From Seison nebaliae (lineage: Eukaryota): a stretch of 34,647 bases of DNA. The translations under genes were made by a program, and so were the position numbers. Positions 11,667-24,457 of the stretch are shown here, piece after piece. The stretch lies in assembly GCA_023231475.1 (NCBI GenBank), contig JALJEE010000366.1, positions 62,001 to 96,647 of the forward strand, in the 5' to 3' direction. The first letter of the stretch is position 1; every line of letters starts with the position of its first letter. The notes beneath the pieces are model-generated. The model searched no databases and was not told the origin of the DNA. It was given only the letters and a program-made list of their open reading frames with translations.

Positions 11667-14600
11667 ATGTTGAGCTCCCAAACAAATCATACAATGCCTG
11701 CAGTCGCTGCCATGATTACTGAAGCCAATATGATTAACGAACCACTATCGGAACACACACGCTGTGGTAGTAGTACAACTAGTGGAGTTAGTTCCACACC
11801 TAGTACCGGTTCATTTTTCATTCGAGTTCTCAATAATCTAATTTTCAATAATAATTTACACATTCAATAAATAACATTTAGATTTTACGACACAACATAA
11901 TCCTAAGAATGTCAATCTCATTTTGGAAAATACCAACAACGGAAATAACAGTAACAACACGAACGGAACTAACACAGGAAATAATAATAAACTTAATAAT
12001 CTTTTATTGCCAACGCCATTAATGAGTAATTTGGGAGTATCAATATTCTGTCCGAAAAATTCAATAGGTGAAGAGATTCCATGCGTTTCACTCGAGGTTG
12101 TTGAAGGACATGTTAACAAGAAACTGCCGAAGGATAAAGATGCAATTAAGTTATTTGTTGGACAAATCCCTAGAACAATGGTGGAACGAGATCTCTTACC
12201 AATTCTTTTAACTTTCGGACCAATTTACGAATTCACAATTTTGAAAGATCGCCAAAATGGAATGCATAGAGGTTAATTTTCCACAATATTCTTTCTTGTA
12301 TAACTGTTGGTAATGTTCGAGTTTTTGATATGGATATCGTTTTTTTTTTCAATTAGAACTACTGATTTCTATGACACTTCCTATGTCTAGGAAACTTATT
12401 ATTTTTTGGTTTTTTTACCTTTTTATTGTAAAACCAAAAAAATATTGAAAACATTCGGCATGTGTAGCTTCTTTCCTTCTTCTTTCGATAGTACTCTTCT
12501 TCTTCTTGTAGTACTATGTTTGTCGTTCGTTGAAGTTTTTTGTTTTTTAGAATTTCTTGAAATTCCTGAAACTTTAACACAAGAAATATTTTGTATTAAA
12601 AATTGTTAAACATTATTTTTTATATATTTTTTTGTTTTTGAAAATTTGACGATTTGTTGTTTGAAATAATTTAAAATTTTTATTAATTATTTTTCTTTCC
12701 ATTCTTTTTCTCGTGGATGAATGTTCACCAATGTTCATTAGGTTGTGCCTTTTTAACGTACTGTCATCGCGAAAGCAGTTTAAATGCACAGAAAGCGTTA
12801 CATGAGAAGAAAACATTGATCGGTGTTAGTGTTATTTCGTCAATAAACTTTCTTCCAAAATGAAAAGATCTCATCGCTTTTCTTTTTGAATTATTAACTT
12901 TTGCACAAACGTGTCGTTAAAAAAATCTCGATATCATTCATCTCATACCAGTCACATCATACCAAACTGGCACTTTCCATATTACAGTCCATTGTATAAT
13001 GATTCCTATTATTCTGACATAATAAGTCGGCAGTGTACAAATAAATGTGATCTTTCTCATCTCAAGTGGAATGTGTGAATATCAGTGGCTGCATTTGAAA
13101 TGGATTGTAAGTGATGAATCAAAATCTTCCCATTTAATTCCTCTGATGATTAAAGGATGAATGACTCGAACAATATGCTAATTCTTCTCCATTCTCTTTT
13201 ATATAATTTTCAGATGATTCGTCCAATGCAAGTGAAACCGGCTGATAGCGAAAGCAAAGTAGGTTAGCAACCAACACCAACCAATTTCTTTTGCAGAAGA
13301 AATATTTTCATTTTATTTCTCATGAATTTCTTTAACCTATTATGGTGTTTAACGATTAATTTAAAGATTTACCGTTCCGCTCCAATAATGTGAGCAGAAT
13401 AAGTTTTAAGTGTGAAAACAGTTTAAGGCAACTCACCAACTTCTTATGCTAATAAGAGAGATGAAAGAAATAAAGAATTTCTACTTTTCCGTCTCGTACG
13501 GAATTAATTCGAATTTAAAAGAAATCCTCCGGATAAAACCTCATGCGAAATAAACGGAATATAAGTTCCCCTATAAGAATAAAGTGCTATTAGAAGAAAT
13601 TTAAAGAAATTCTTCATCTTCTTATTTTATACGAACTTCTCATTTCAAACAGATTCTCACTCTTACTATAAAAAAGCATCATAATCATCATCATCATCGT
13701 TCATCGTTCTATATGGATTTTCTTATCGATATTTATTCTCTCGTATGATTCATGTTTCAGATTGTTAATATGATATGAGGATGTCCTGTTTTCATCCTTT
13801 CATACCACTTCGTTTTATCGATCGCTTATTATTAGTTTCAGAAAAATACCGGATATCTCTATAATAGCAGAGACTACATACGAGGATCGTACGCATGAAT
13901 TAAATGAATGCATCTGATCGTGTGAAGTTCGTTTCTCATTAGAGTTAAGTCTGTTAATTCTCTTCCTTTTCATATTACTTTGAAAAGTTTACCAAATCCT
14001 TTTGTTCGTTCAACTTCGAATCATTCGGTTCACCAATTATATTGTACTTTTCTAACTTCGGGACGATAATTCATGCACTATTATGGAATTTAGTTGGGCG
14101 GACGAATAATAGAAGTAAAAGAAAAGGTCTCACCCCAAAAAAATTTATTTCGTTAAAATAACGATCCTTCTTTCACCCCAAATTCTTTTTTGCCTTCTTT
14201 CTTTCTCCTATCACCTCGCAACAACAGATCGACTCATGCTAATCAGATTGAAGAATAATTGAATGTAATCAGGCGATTATTTCAAGCTAAAAAAGAAATT
14301 AACTTCTTGAGATGTGTGAGGAAATCGATGTTTTTTCATTATTTGTTCTCGAGAAAAATGAGAGGATTTGATCATCAGGCGATTTGAGTTTGTTGTGAAA
14401 TTACTAAACTTCGAGTTCAATTTTTAGTGTGTGACTCGTGAAAATTGCTGTCAATTCATGACAAGTAGACGTAATGTTCGATAAAATTTGATTACGGTAA
14501 ATTAATTGATACATATCAGTTCTCCAATAACCATAGATGATATGAGTTGATTGAAATATTTATTTATTTATTGAAAAAGAAAACTGTAATAATGTAAGGA

Positions 14601-17600
14601 AGAGTTAGTAGTTCAGAGTTTGTAGTATGATAGATAAGAAAAACAGTTCATTAATGCATCGATTTGATGCAATGAAGTTTAATGGGAATGATTGATTTTT
14701 TCTAATGTTCTCTTACTTTGCCTTCTCGGGGGAAGTGAGTCAATATTGAAATAATTCTTCATAGTTTCCCCCCTAGACTAAACAAATTCGAATGTGGAAG
14801 GGCATGCATTAAAGTTAAATTATTTCGTAATAGAATAGATTCGTTTGAGTCACAAATCATTCATCCGTCATTATTCAGAGAATATTAATCAAATAAATGG
14901 ATATTCCACACATTACGCACAATTATAATAGGTATACAAAAAATGTGCACACTCAAGTGCATCCATTTATATGTTTAAGTATCTACCTTGGTATTGTGTA
15001 TAAGATTAAATAGTTTTACTTTTCTATTACTACTTCTACTTTTTTCCATGATAATTTTTATTCTCCATTCTTTCCTCTCGCATTGTTGTTCTTGTCGGCG
15101 TCGTCGTCGTTGTTATTATTATTGTTCTTGGAAATATTATCCATATTGAGATTTTCTTTCTGTTTTTCTACTATTGATGAAAAGAGTGAATGAACAAATG
15201 GATGAATGAATGATTGATTGATAGATGAATAAACGAACTCCACTGAAGAATGGAAGAATGGATGACGATAAAAGAATTCTTCCTATTATTGAGGAGAATA
15301 TAAGCGAATGAGAGAGACGTTTAGCATTGCGCAAAATAGAAAGAAGAAAAGTTAGATGGTTTAATTCCTGACGAAGGAAAGAAGAAAGAAAAAGTAAAAA
15401 TATTAAGTGGACAAATTTAATTGTATTTAGACTGATGACAATCGACGTAAGGTTGTTCAGACAATGAATAAACATGTCATGCACCATAGATGCTTAAATG
15501 GAGGTCGATCGTCCACATATTTGAATGTGCATATACGTATGTGCATCTAACTGTTTCTTTTGTCAATTCTTTCCATCATTTTCCCCATCTTCGCTTTCTT
15601 CATTCTGAGCATAAATGTGACATTTATTCATTTATTGACATTTGTTTGTATCCGTTCTTTTTTCTTTTATTCTCTGGCATTCCACTACTATTCATTTTCT
15701 TACTAATAAGTCAATCTTCTTCAAATCTTTTCTTCTTCTCTTCTCCACCAAAATGATTTTTGTAATTGTAAGAATTCTTTTTGTCAGTTCCATTTCTTTC
15801 CTTCCTGAAAGTAATATTTCGAATAAATAATCGAACACTAGAATTCCTCTCAATATTTGACCATTATTTCTCTATATCCTCCCACTTATATAATACGACG
15901 AAATTGAATAAATTCTTGAAGAAATAAATGAAGTATTTTGGAGAAAAGTGATTTAATCGAATTATTTAACAAAAAATAATAATAATGCTCGACTACCTAA
16001 ATTGCATTTCATTATGTAAATGTGCATATGATGCTCTTTAATTATTAATTATCTCGGATGTTTTTTGTTCATTATCTCATTCTTATATTATAAACAACTT
16101 ATCAATATGTTTTCTGGTATTCGACGTGATAATGTATTCTTAATATAAAGATCGTATCAAATAGCCCAATAATGGAGAGCTGGCCCAATAGATATACATA
16201 TCTACGGATTTATATCATAGCCACTAAACTTTTACTTTTCTTCCTTTGACATTTAATCTCGACATTCTCCTCTACTGAAATAACAAACAGTTGAGATTAT
16301 ATGTGTATATTCACTTTCAGTCTCTGACTTTTCAGTTAAAGGTATAATCTTTCCTTCTTCTTCATATGAACTCCTGTTTAACTCCAACCAAAAATGGTGA
16401 CGGAAATTGACTCCTTGCGGACGAATCTCTCTTGGTCCATCATTCTATGATGCACAGTATTCATTCGATTCTCAAGATTTTTCATAATTTTTTTTATTGT
16501 CGTCGCCTTCTTCGTTTCCTTCTATTCACCCACTTACATATTCCAATATTTCATTTTCGTTCAAATTCTCGATATTCTTTCCACTTCCAACATAATGGTC
16601 AAAAAAAAACACATTCTGAGAGCTGACAGAAAATTGTCTTCATCGATGAATCTCATCAGGTTCTCGTCAGATAATTTCCAGTTCCATTCTTTCCATCATG
16701 AATTCTTATGGTGAAGTTCCAACATTTAAGATACTTCGTCTCCCACCTAAACATTTCGTTCATTACAGATGATTCCATCATACGTATGATGAACGATAAC
16801 ACTTGATATTTTATCTATTTTCAAATGTCAATTGGATACATCGAGTACATTAGACTCTTGCATCAAACTCATTGATCTTGCTCGATTTATGGTAAGAAAA
16901 CATTAATGGTAAAAAATGGAGACAAAATTAAAAAAAATTAGGTATGATCATATGTCGAAAATATACTGATATCAAATATCGGAAGTACAGTGGAAATTGA
17001 TATTTATTGTTCGGAGTCATTATGACATTCTACTACTGATCTCATATGAAGAATTTTCTTAACTACCCTACATGGGAATCGAATCTCTCTCATTCACGTC
17101 ATTTAGAACAAATCATTTCCATTTATGGTCGATAATATTGATTTTGTTAAAGAAAATAAATTGTACATAAGTTGGATGGAAACCAACAAATTATATTAAA
17201 CTAAATACTTCTACAATTATTTATCTTTTTATTTAAAATAATTTTTTATTTCCACGACAAACATAATCCCCCTTCTCGTATAAGTACGAAAGGAATGATT
17301 TCAGGCATATTTTGGTAGAGTTTCTTCTTCTTGTCCTTCCCGTCCAATGTTCCCATTATAATTGAACAATGAAATACTTAGAATTTTCTTTTTTTTTCGA
17401 GAACGATAACATATGAGTCGATTGGAAACGAAGAAGCCCAATTGAAAGAAATGAAGTGAATTCATAGGAAGTTAACATAGAATTTCCTGAGAATTTTTTT
17501 CTTTATAAGAAACAGAAAAATATTGCCTATGTTTCTCCATCAACATTTTTGCCTGCGCCAAATTTCAATTGTCCTTTACGGAACGAGTTAAATATTTGAT

Positions 17601-20600
17601 GGATAGATTTTCTTTTCTCTTATGCTTTCTTGTCTTGGACAAGTCTTATTTACTGATTTAGGAAGTAATAAAAGTTTGGAGATGGAACCAGATGCAATCC
17701 GTCATGTAAATGTGATATTAGTTGTTAAGAAACATTCGGGAATTATGTTTTTAACGATTTTTTATGAACATTTATCAACTTTGTTTCCATTTTTTTCTTC
17801 CTCATTTTTTTGGTATTTTTAAAAATATGTGCTTTTCTTCTTCTTCTTCAGATTCCATTCCAATCTTCTTCTTTTTACCTTTGTTTCTCTGATGATGGAA
17901 TGATAACTGAAAATAACGGAATAGCATACATACAATCTATCATAATTTATTATCTTTCTCAATTTTATTAGTTTCTACTATTTCGTTGTTACTTGATCTC
18001 GTTTACTTTCTTCTGTTTCTCTAAGAATTGCTTCTACAATTATTCTTTAGTATAATACACCCGATATTTTATCTAAGAAGAATTCTTGTGTATTCTTAAC
18101 ACAAATTGTTTGGAAAAGATTATTTCCTGGAAAGAATCCCGATGTCATATTCTGAAGAGAAATAAAGGGAAAATTCTTTAATTAATATCAATAATTCTTT
18201 ATGATTATTTGTTCGATATTTTAACACATTTCGATGCCTTTTAAGTTTTCATGAAAAGAATTCCATCTTCTAATAGAAAGGAAACCTTATGTATTAGTTA
18301 TGGGTAAAAGATCTCAACGAAGAATTCGTTTGATCTTTTTATTAAGATTTTCGTCTTTACGATTTCCTTTATAAGGACTCTACTATCGGAAGAGTTTTGT
18401 TGAAAAATGGTACAATCAAATTGCAATTAGTCCATTATATCAAGTGTAATGAAACGAAGATTTATAATTGATGAAAATGAATAATTGGAGGGAGACGATT
18501 GAAGTGTAGATTTATGTGGATAGTTACCTAACTATTCTATATCTGGTTACGATGAATAAGGGGGAATGATTGTTTCCAATTACCTAGTCATTGTACATTG
18601 TTGGAGAAAGAAGTAGGAAATATTCGTTTAATTTATTTAAGAACTATTTTCATATAAAAATAAAATTTTGTTATTGTAGATTTTTCGAATGAGAACGAAT
18701 CGTATTCTAATGAGAGAACTAGTTTTTGAACATTGAAAAAGAATCTAATTTGTTATGTATTATTACCGCTGTGCTTACGGAACATTAATGAAGAGAGTTC
18801 CATAGTACATGAATAAAGACACGAAATCTTTAACGGCCTTCAATCAGATAAGTTGAAAATAATAAATCGGAATGAAAATGATAAAAGATATTGGAATAAG
18901 GAATCAGCAGATTTCCTATCAATGGAGATTCTGTCCAAAACATGCATATATCATCTTAGAGAATTGGTACATTTAGTCTATGATTTATCCATATTAATTC
19001 ATCTTCAATCTTTGACAAATGATGAGTTTACTCCTCCTAATTTGCCTAAGTTTTCCTTTTTCTAATTATACATCAACGACTAGTGTTCTGATTTCAGACA
19101 CCTGAGCGAAGATGGATGAGTGCAACCATCAACTTAATTCTCTTTCACCATATAAAGTTTTAAATGATGAGTCAATGCACGTATGTATTCATTTGTGCAT
19201 CATCATTCACTTTTTCTATTTCACCAAAATACTCTTCTTTCTTTTTTTTCAACTTGAAGAATGATTAATTGCTGTGGGATATATTACATTCCTTCATTCT
19301 CCATCTTCATTTCATTTAGTCTTCCTACATTTAATCAACTATTATCATCATTACTATCGTGATTAGCTTTTCTCTTTTTTGCTCCTTCAATTATTCAAAT
19401 ATTCTCCTTCCAAATAATAAGATAGGAAGTAATGGATGAAGTTGGAAAGTAGTAAATTGGAATATATTGAGAGAATATCGGACATTTTCTCATGAAAAAC
19501 CTCTTAAATTTGATTTTTAATTAATTCTTTCCTTGACATCAATAATAGAGATTTTCTGTCTCCAATTAACTAAAACTCCTTTTTCCTCTAACCGTTTTGG
19601 GTGCACATGAACAAATAAGAATAATTTCGATGACAAGTACTATCGAAAGTTTGAACGATCTTAATCATCCCAGTTCGCCCGCCAAACAGCGCCGTACTAC
19701 ACCTAGATTCAACGAAGAATATTTACTGAGGATGACACCAGAGTCACCATTAAATAGTAATGATCCTACACATGATTTAACATCCATCAAAATGGCAACA
19801 ACTACAAATGATAATAATGGACAAAAAATTCTCAACTATCTCAAATCATCGAATTGTAATTTGAGTTGCATCAAGCCATTAGGCAGTGAAGAAGAGTTTC
19901 GTAAAGAAGGTATCTACTGTATCAATCAAGATGACGGGGAGAAATATTATATCGCATTCGATCATGTTGATCAGATTATTCGAATATTTAATGTCATGAA
20001 AGGAGGTAACTAATTCACGAATTTTTCAACAAATTTAAAAATTCCTATTCTAGAGTCCTAGTAAAAATTCCTAGTAATATTTCTAGAAACTTTTTAAAAA
20101 GTATTATATTTTCCGTCAATTCATAATAATTTACTATTATTATTATTATACTATAAATTTTAGTTATTATAATTGACTAAATTTCTTCATTTCATTTTCA
20201 GAGGATCGCAAATTATTCGTGGGAATGCTGAATAAACAAATGACGGAAAGTGCTATTCGCGAAATGTTCGAACCGTACGGCACTATTGAGGAATGTACAA
20301 TTTTGAAAGGACCAAATGGAGAAAGTAGAGGTTATGTCTTAAATTCTTTTCCATTCTCTTAAAATTTAATAATATAGGATGTGCATTCATCAAATTCTCG
20401 ACTCATCAGGAAGCATTGAATGCAATCAATTGTCTGCATGGATCACAGATCTTTCAAGTTAATAATTAACTAATTTCCAAAATGAAATAATGAAAATTTC
20501 AATTGAATAATTTTAGGGTGCTTCATCTAGCGTTGTTGTAAAGTTTGCTGACACCGAACGTGAAAGACAAGCACGTCGAGTGCAACAATTGGTCGATCAT

Positions 20601-22142
20601 TATGGTTTATTAAAAACGAATCCATTTATGAAAACTCCTAATGTAAATTTAACAAATCCGAATGCATTATTAGGTAATGTTTTGATCGATCCAACATCAA
20701 CAATGAATCAGAATCAGTTAAATAATTCTGATCATTTAAATTCGAATGGAACTCGTTCATTGTGGGGAACGGATTTCTTGAATTCACAAACCATCAATAA
20801 TCAGATGACACCGTTAATGAAAAATTGGTTAAACTTAAATCAGACATCTTCAATCAACAATCAAAACAATCAATTGTGGACTTTCCCGAACAGTGATATG
20901 ATTCTCCCAAATTCAACTCCAATAAATAGTCAATTGAATAATCAGCAATTAAACGGTCTCATTCTTCAACAACCTCAAGCAATGACTCCACATCAAATGA
21001 TTATATCTTCACTCACTTCCCAACATCAAACACAACAACCACCACCACAATTATCCCAACAATCCCATCAACAACATCATAATCAGAATGGAACTCATCC
21101 AAATCTTTCTTTCTTCCCCAACACCAATTCAACTAACAACAATGGAAATTCTTCGATTTTAGGTTCGTTAGTTACTCCACCACATCCTTCCGCACAATTC
21201 ATGTTGAGTGGAATTGAACCGCAAACTAATTCAGCCAACTTCCATCAATTTCTTGCGCAGCCAAATAATCATCAAAATTTACAAACATCATCAATTCTAC
21301 AATTGTTAAATATGGAACATCAGCAACAACAACAACACCAGCCCCATCAAGTGAATGCTAATAATCTTTATTCGACATCGAGTAATTTCTCTAATTTCTC
21401 CAATATCGTTGATTCGTCGACATTGTTGACTACGACTCATCATTTAGTACTCCATGATGGTACTTCTCCCACAACAACGAATGCTTCAGTTAATTCTACA
21501 ATTATTACTTCGTCCAATAAACCAATTAATAATTCGACATCTACAGCAACAATTGGTCAGTTAGGAACGATTTCATCATCAGCTTCAACCGATCCCAATT
21601 TTTTCCAAAATCAATTACTATTGAATAATCTCCAATCATCCACTCAATATCCACCCCAGCAATTTATCTCGTTCAATCAACCAAATTCACAACAAATGTT
21701 CGGTACGACTAATTTCGATTATAATCAATTATTAAATACATCATTCGTCATGCAACCACCTCAAACTACACAACAATCAAATATTCATCATACTTCACAT
21801 CAACAACAACAACAACAATCATCACAACAACAACAACAACAACAATTGTATAATAATTTCAATAATATTAATGGTTCTTTACCATTAGGTGTACAATTCT
21901 GCCAAAATGTCGCATCGTTAAATAATAATAGTACGAATGGGAATAATTTGATGAGCAATACAATTACAAATCAAAATTCGATGATTTCCAATGCTCCTAT
22001 CGCCACAAATAATAATGGTACGAATGGTACAAGTAATACATTAAATGCCATCACCAATAAAAATAAAAACATTTCTCCCATTTCATCAAACAATGTCGCC
22101 GCACTCAAATTGACCAACGACGAGATTGACAAACGGATATAA
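11667..22142 (+). CDS. CELF4: CUGBP Elav-like family RNA-binding protein (CELF3-6/bru3/unc-75 subfamily), ~832 aa, RRM1+RRM2 then a long Q/N/S/T-rich tail
   Basis: Inferred exons: 11667-11808, 11882-12271, 12742-12824, 13214-13262, 20202-20330, 20378-20457, 20517-22142, all phase-compatible. Spliced product: [141 protein letters not shown]. These are diagnostic CELF3-6 sequences. The symbol marks the subfamily, not strict orthology. The first exon is less certain than the RRM exons. Confidence 0.93.
19630..20005 (+). CDS. Candidate alternative first coding exon of the CELF gene (125 codons) splicing to the RRM2 exon at 20202
   Basis: An ATG-initiated, protein-like ORF inside the 6.9-kb intron ends ...ATG AAA GGA G|GTAACT. 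This phase-1 donor matches the phase-1 acceptor at 20201 and gives ...[15 protein letters not shown]. Confidence 0.6.
21796..21846 (+). repeat. Imperfect (CAA)n coding repeat encoding poly-Gln tracts in the CELF tail
   Basis: caacaacaacaacaacaa-tcatca-caacaacaacaacaacaacaa, translating to [16 protein letters not shown]. Confidence 0.85.
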
Positions 22143-22668
22143 TTTAAAAATTCGTTAAATCATCATAGGAATTATAACGAAAACTTATAAAAGAAAGCTC
22201 CTTCATTTTTCATTAAACAATCATCTATCGATAATCGATTGATTAATTCAAAGAAATTATTGGGGAAATGAATTTTCCAATTATTTTTTGAATTATTATT
22301 ATTTTCCAAACAAATTTCTCCTTCTGAAATTTTCATTGTTTCTTGCTCCTAACAAAAAAAAAGATTTTTTTCGAATATTTCACGAAGATAATCGATGCAG
22401 ATCGATTAACATTTTCAATTATCATAATATGATAATTTCCTAGTCATTTTCCATTTTATTTTTCATTCATTTTCCACACTTTCTCTTTCAACTTTCAACA
22501 AAATTCATTTTCTTCATTCATGAAAGTGAATGGAATAATCAACAGCAATAACATCAAATACTAATACTTTCGACGATGACGATATCATTTTGAAGAGATC
22601 ACTTCATTTTATTTATTCATATAACAATAAATATAATTATTTTTTTAAATCAATAATAATAAATTTCG

Positions 22669-24192
22669 TCATTTCTCAATTTGATTTATTATTTGTTTCT
22701 TTTGTCGTTCTTGATAAAGAACTTTCCCCAATAATGATCCGAACGTGATAAGAATTCCTGCCCATGCTTTCCATGTCAATTCATCATGTCCAAATATGAT
22801 GTAACTACTTAGAACACTGAGACATTGTCGAATGATCATAATCGTCACAAGTGTAACAGCTCCGAATTGACGTATAGTTCTGAAAATGAATAATTGACCA
22901 AACGCTGAACAACATCCAGTGATTGTTGCATGAAATATGAATTCCATATGTTTCATACCGAAACTGATACAATCGAAAAGAATTCCTTGTCCGAGTAAAG
23001 ATGCGAATGTGAAAGTGGATGAAATGAGATTAATTCCACACATCATCTGGATGGTTGACATTGAATATTTCTTGAATAAACTTTGTTGCCATTGGGAAGT
23101 ATATGCATCAGTTATCAAATATCCACTCATACAAATGAGACCGCTGATAATGACAAATGAATTGCCCAATGTTTCCACATTACTAACATGTTTCGACACT
23201 TTCGTAATCGTCGATGTCTCCAACATAAAAATAGACATTCCTACAATTTCCAAATTTTATTAATTTTCAAATTCTCTAAAAAAAATGTTAACCGATAGAA
23301 ATTAAAATTGCTTGAACATAATCCAATAAATTATATTTCCTCCGGAACAATAACAATCCAACCAATAAAACTGGAACTATCTTACAAGCTTTGATCATCA
23401 CTTGAGTGGGAAATGAGACAAATTTCAATGCTTCATATTGGAACCATGCACTGACGATATTAGTTAGAGAAGCTGGTGTATACATCCAAATTGGTGCCAT
23501 ATGAGATTTCTAAAAATAGAAATTATTTTTTCAAAAATTTGATAAATTTAACTTCACTTTTCCTACAGAAAAATAAAACGACGGATGAGAGGATAAATGC
23601 CATAATTCTATTTACAAAAACGAGAAATTCAGAATGAGTAAATTTTTCCGATTCAATTCCATACGATTGTGTCATTGTCCGTTCCTGAGATGGAAGAAAG
23701 TTTAAATTCATAATATTTATATTAATTTATTTCTCATAAAACTCAAACTTGCATAATTCCCCAAATCAAATAGAAAAATAGTAGACCAGTAGAACACACA
23801 AACAATCGAATTAAACGATCTTTCAACGGTAATTCTCGTACTATTTCTTGTTCACTTTTTCCATCAGAATCATTCAATTCTACATCTTTGGATGTTAACG
23901 GCATAGAAATATCACCATATATGAAGATTCTAATATATTTATAGAGTCCTCGTTCTTCATAAACAGATTAAATATTAAAGGAAATTAGAAGAGAAACGAA
24001 ACTTGAAGAAATGAAATATTCATTTTTCTTACACAATTTAATCAGAATGTAAACTATGAGAATAATGATTCCATAACCGCTCACATTCTTCAACAGATTT
24101 ATATACCAGATATCATGCATCCACTCCGGAAAAATTGAAAATTGATGTCCAAATAAATTCTTCATAAAAATTTTATTATAAATCTCTCTCAT
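22669..24192 (-). CDS. SLC35B2: Adenosine 3'-phospho 5'-phosphosulfate transporter 1 (PAPST1/slalom), ~438 aa
   Basis: Inferred exons: 24192-24003, 23954-23749, 23684-23553, 23509-23293, 23240-22669 (introns 48, 64, 43, 52 bp). Motifs: YLIWGIMQ|ERTMTQSY..FTHSEFLVFVNRIMAF, SAWFQYEALKFVSFPTQVMIKACKIVPV, DAYTSQWQQSLF, SAFGQLFIFRTIRQFGAV. Confidence 0.95.
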
Positions 24193-24457
24193 ACATCGAC
24201 GAGAACAACAAAAGAAATGATATTATCTATAGTTGGAAAGAGAATTGAAAAAAAATAAAAATTTAATTTCTAATATAATTTGTGTGGATTGGTCGACTCG
24301 AAAAATAAAAGAAAAATAAAATTTTAATTAAATTAAATTACGAACGAAAATAAATAATGATAAATAGTAAAACATAAATAAAAAAATATAAATTCGAGCA
24401 CTAGAACATTCTATTGTATTGATTGATATGTAGTGGAATGACGTTGAGTAAATTTCC

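Noticed and set aside
12990..13042. Imperfect hairpin in CELF intron 3, and a miR-2-like TATCATAGCC near 16213
   Set aside because: The stem is short, bulged and AU-rich. The miR-2-like string mismatches the family seed and has no evident precursor hairpin.
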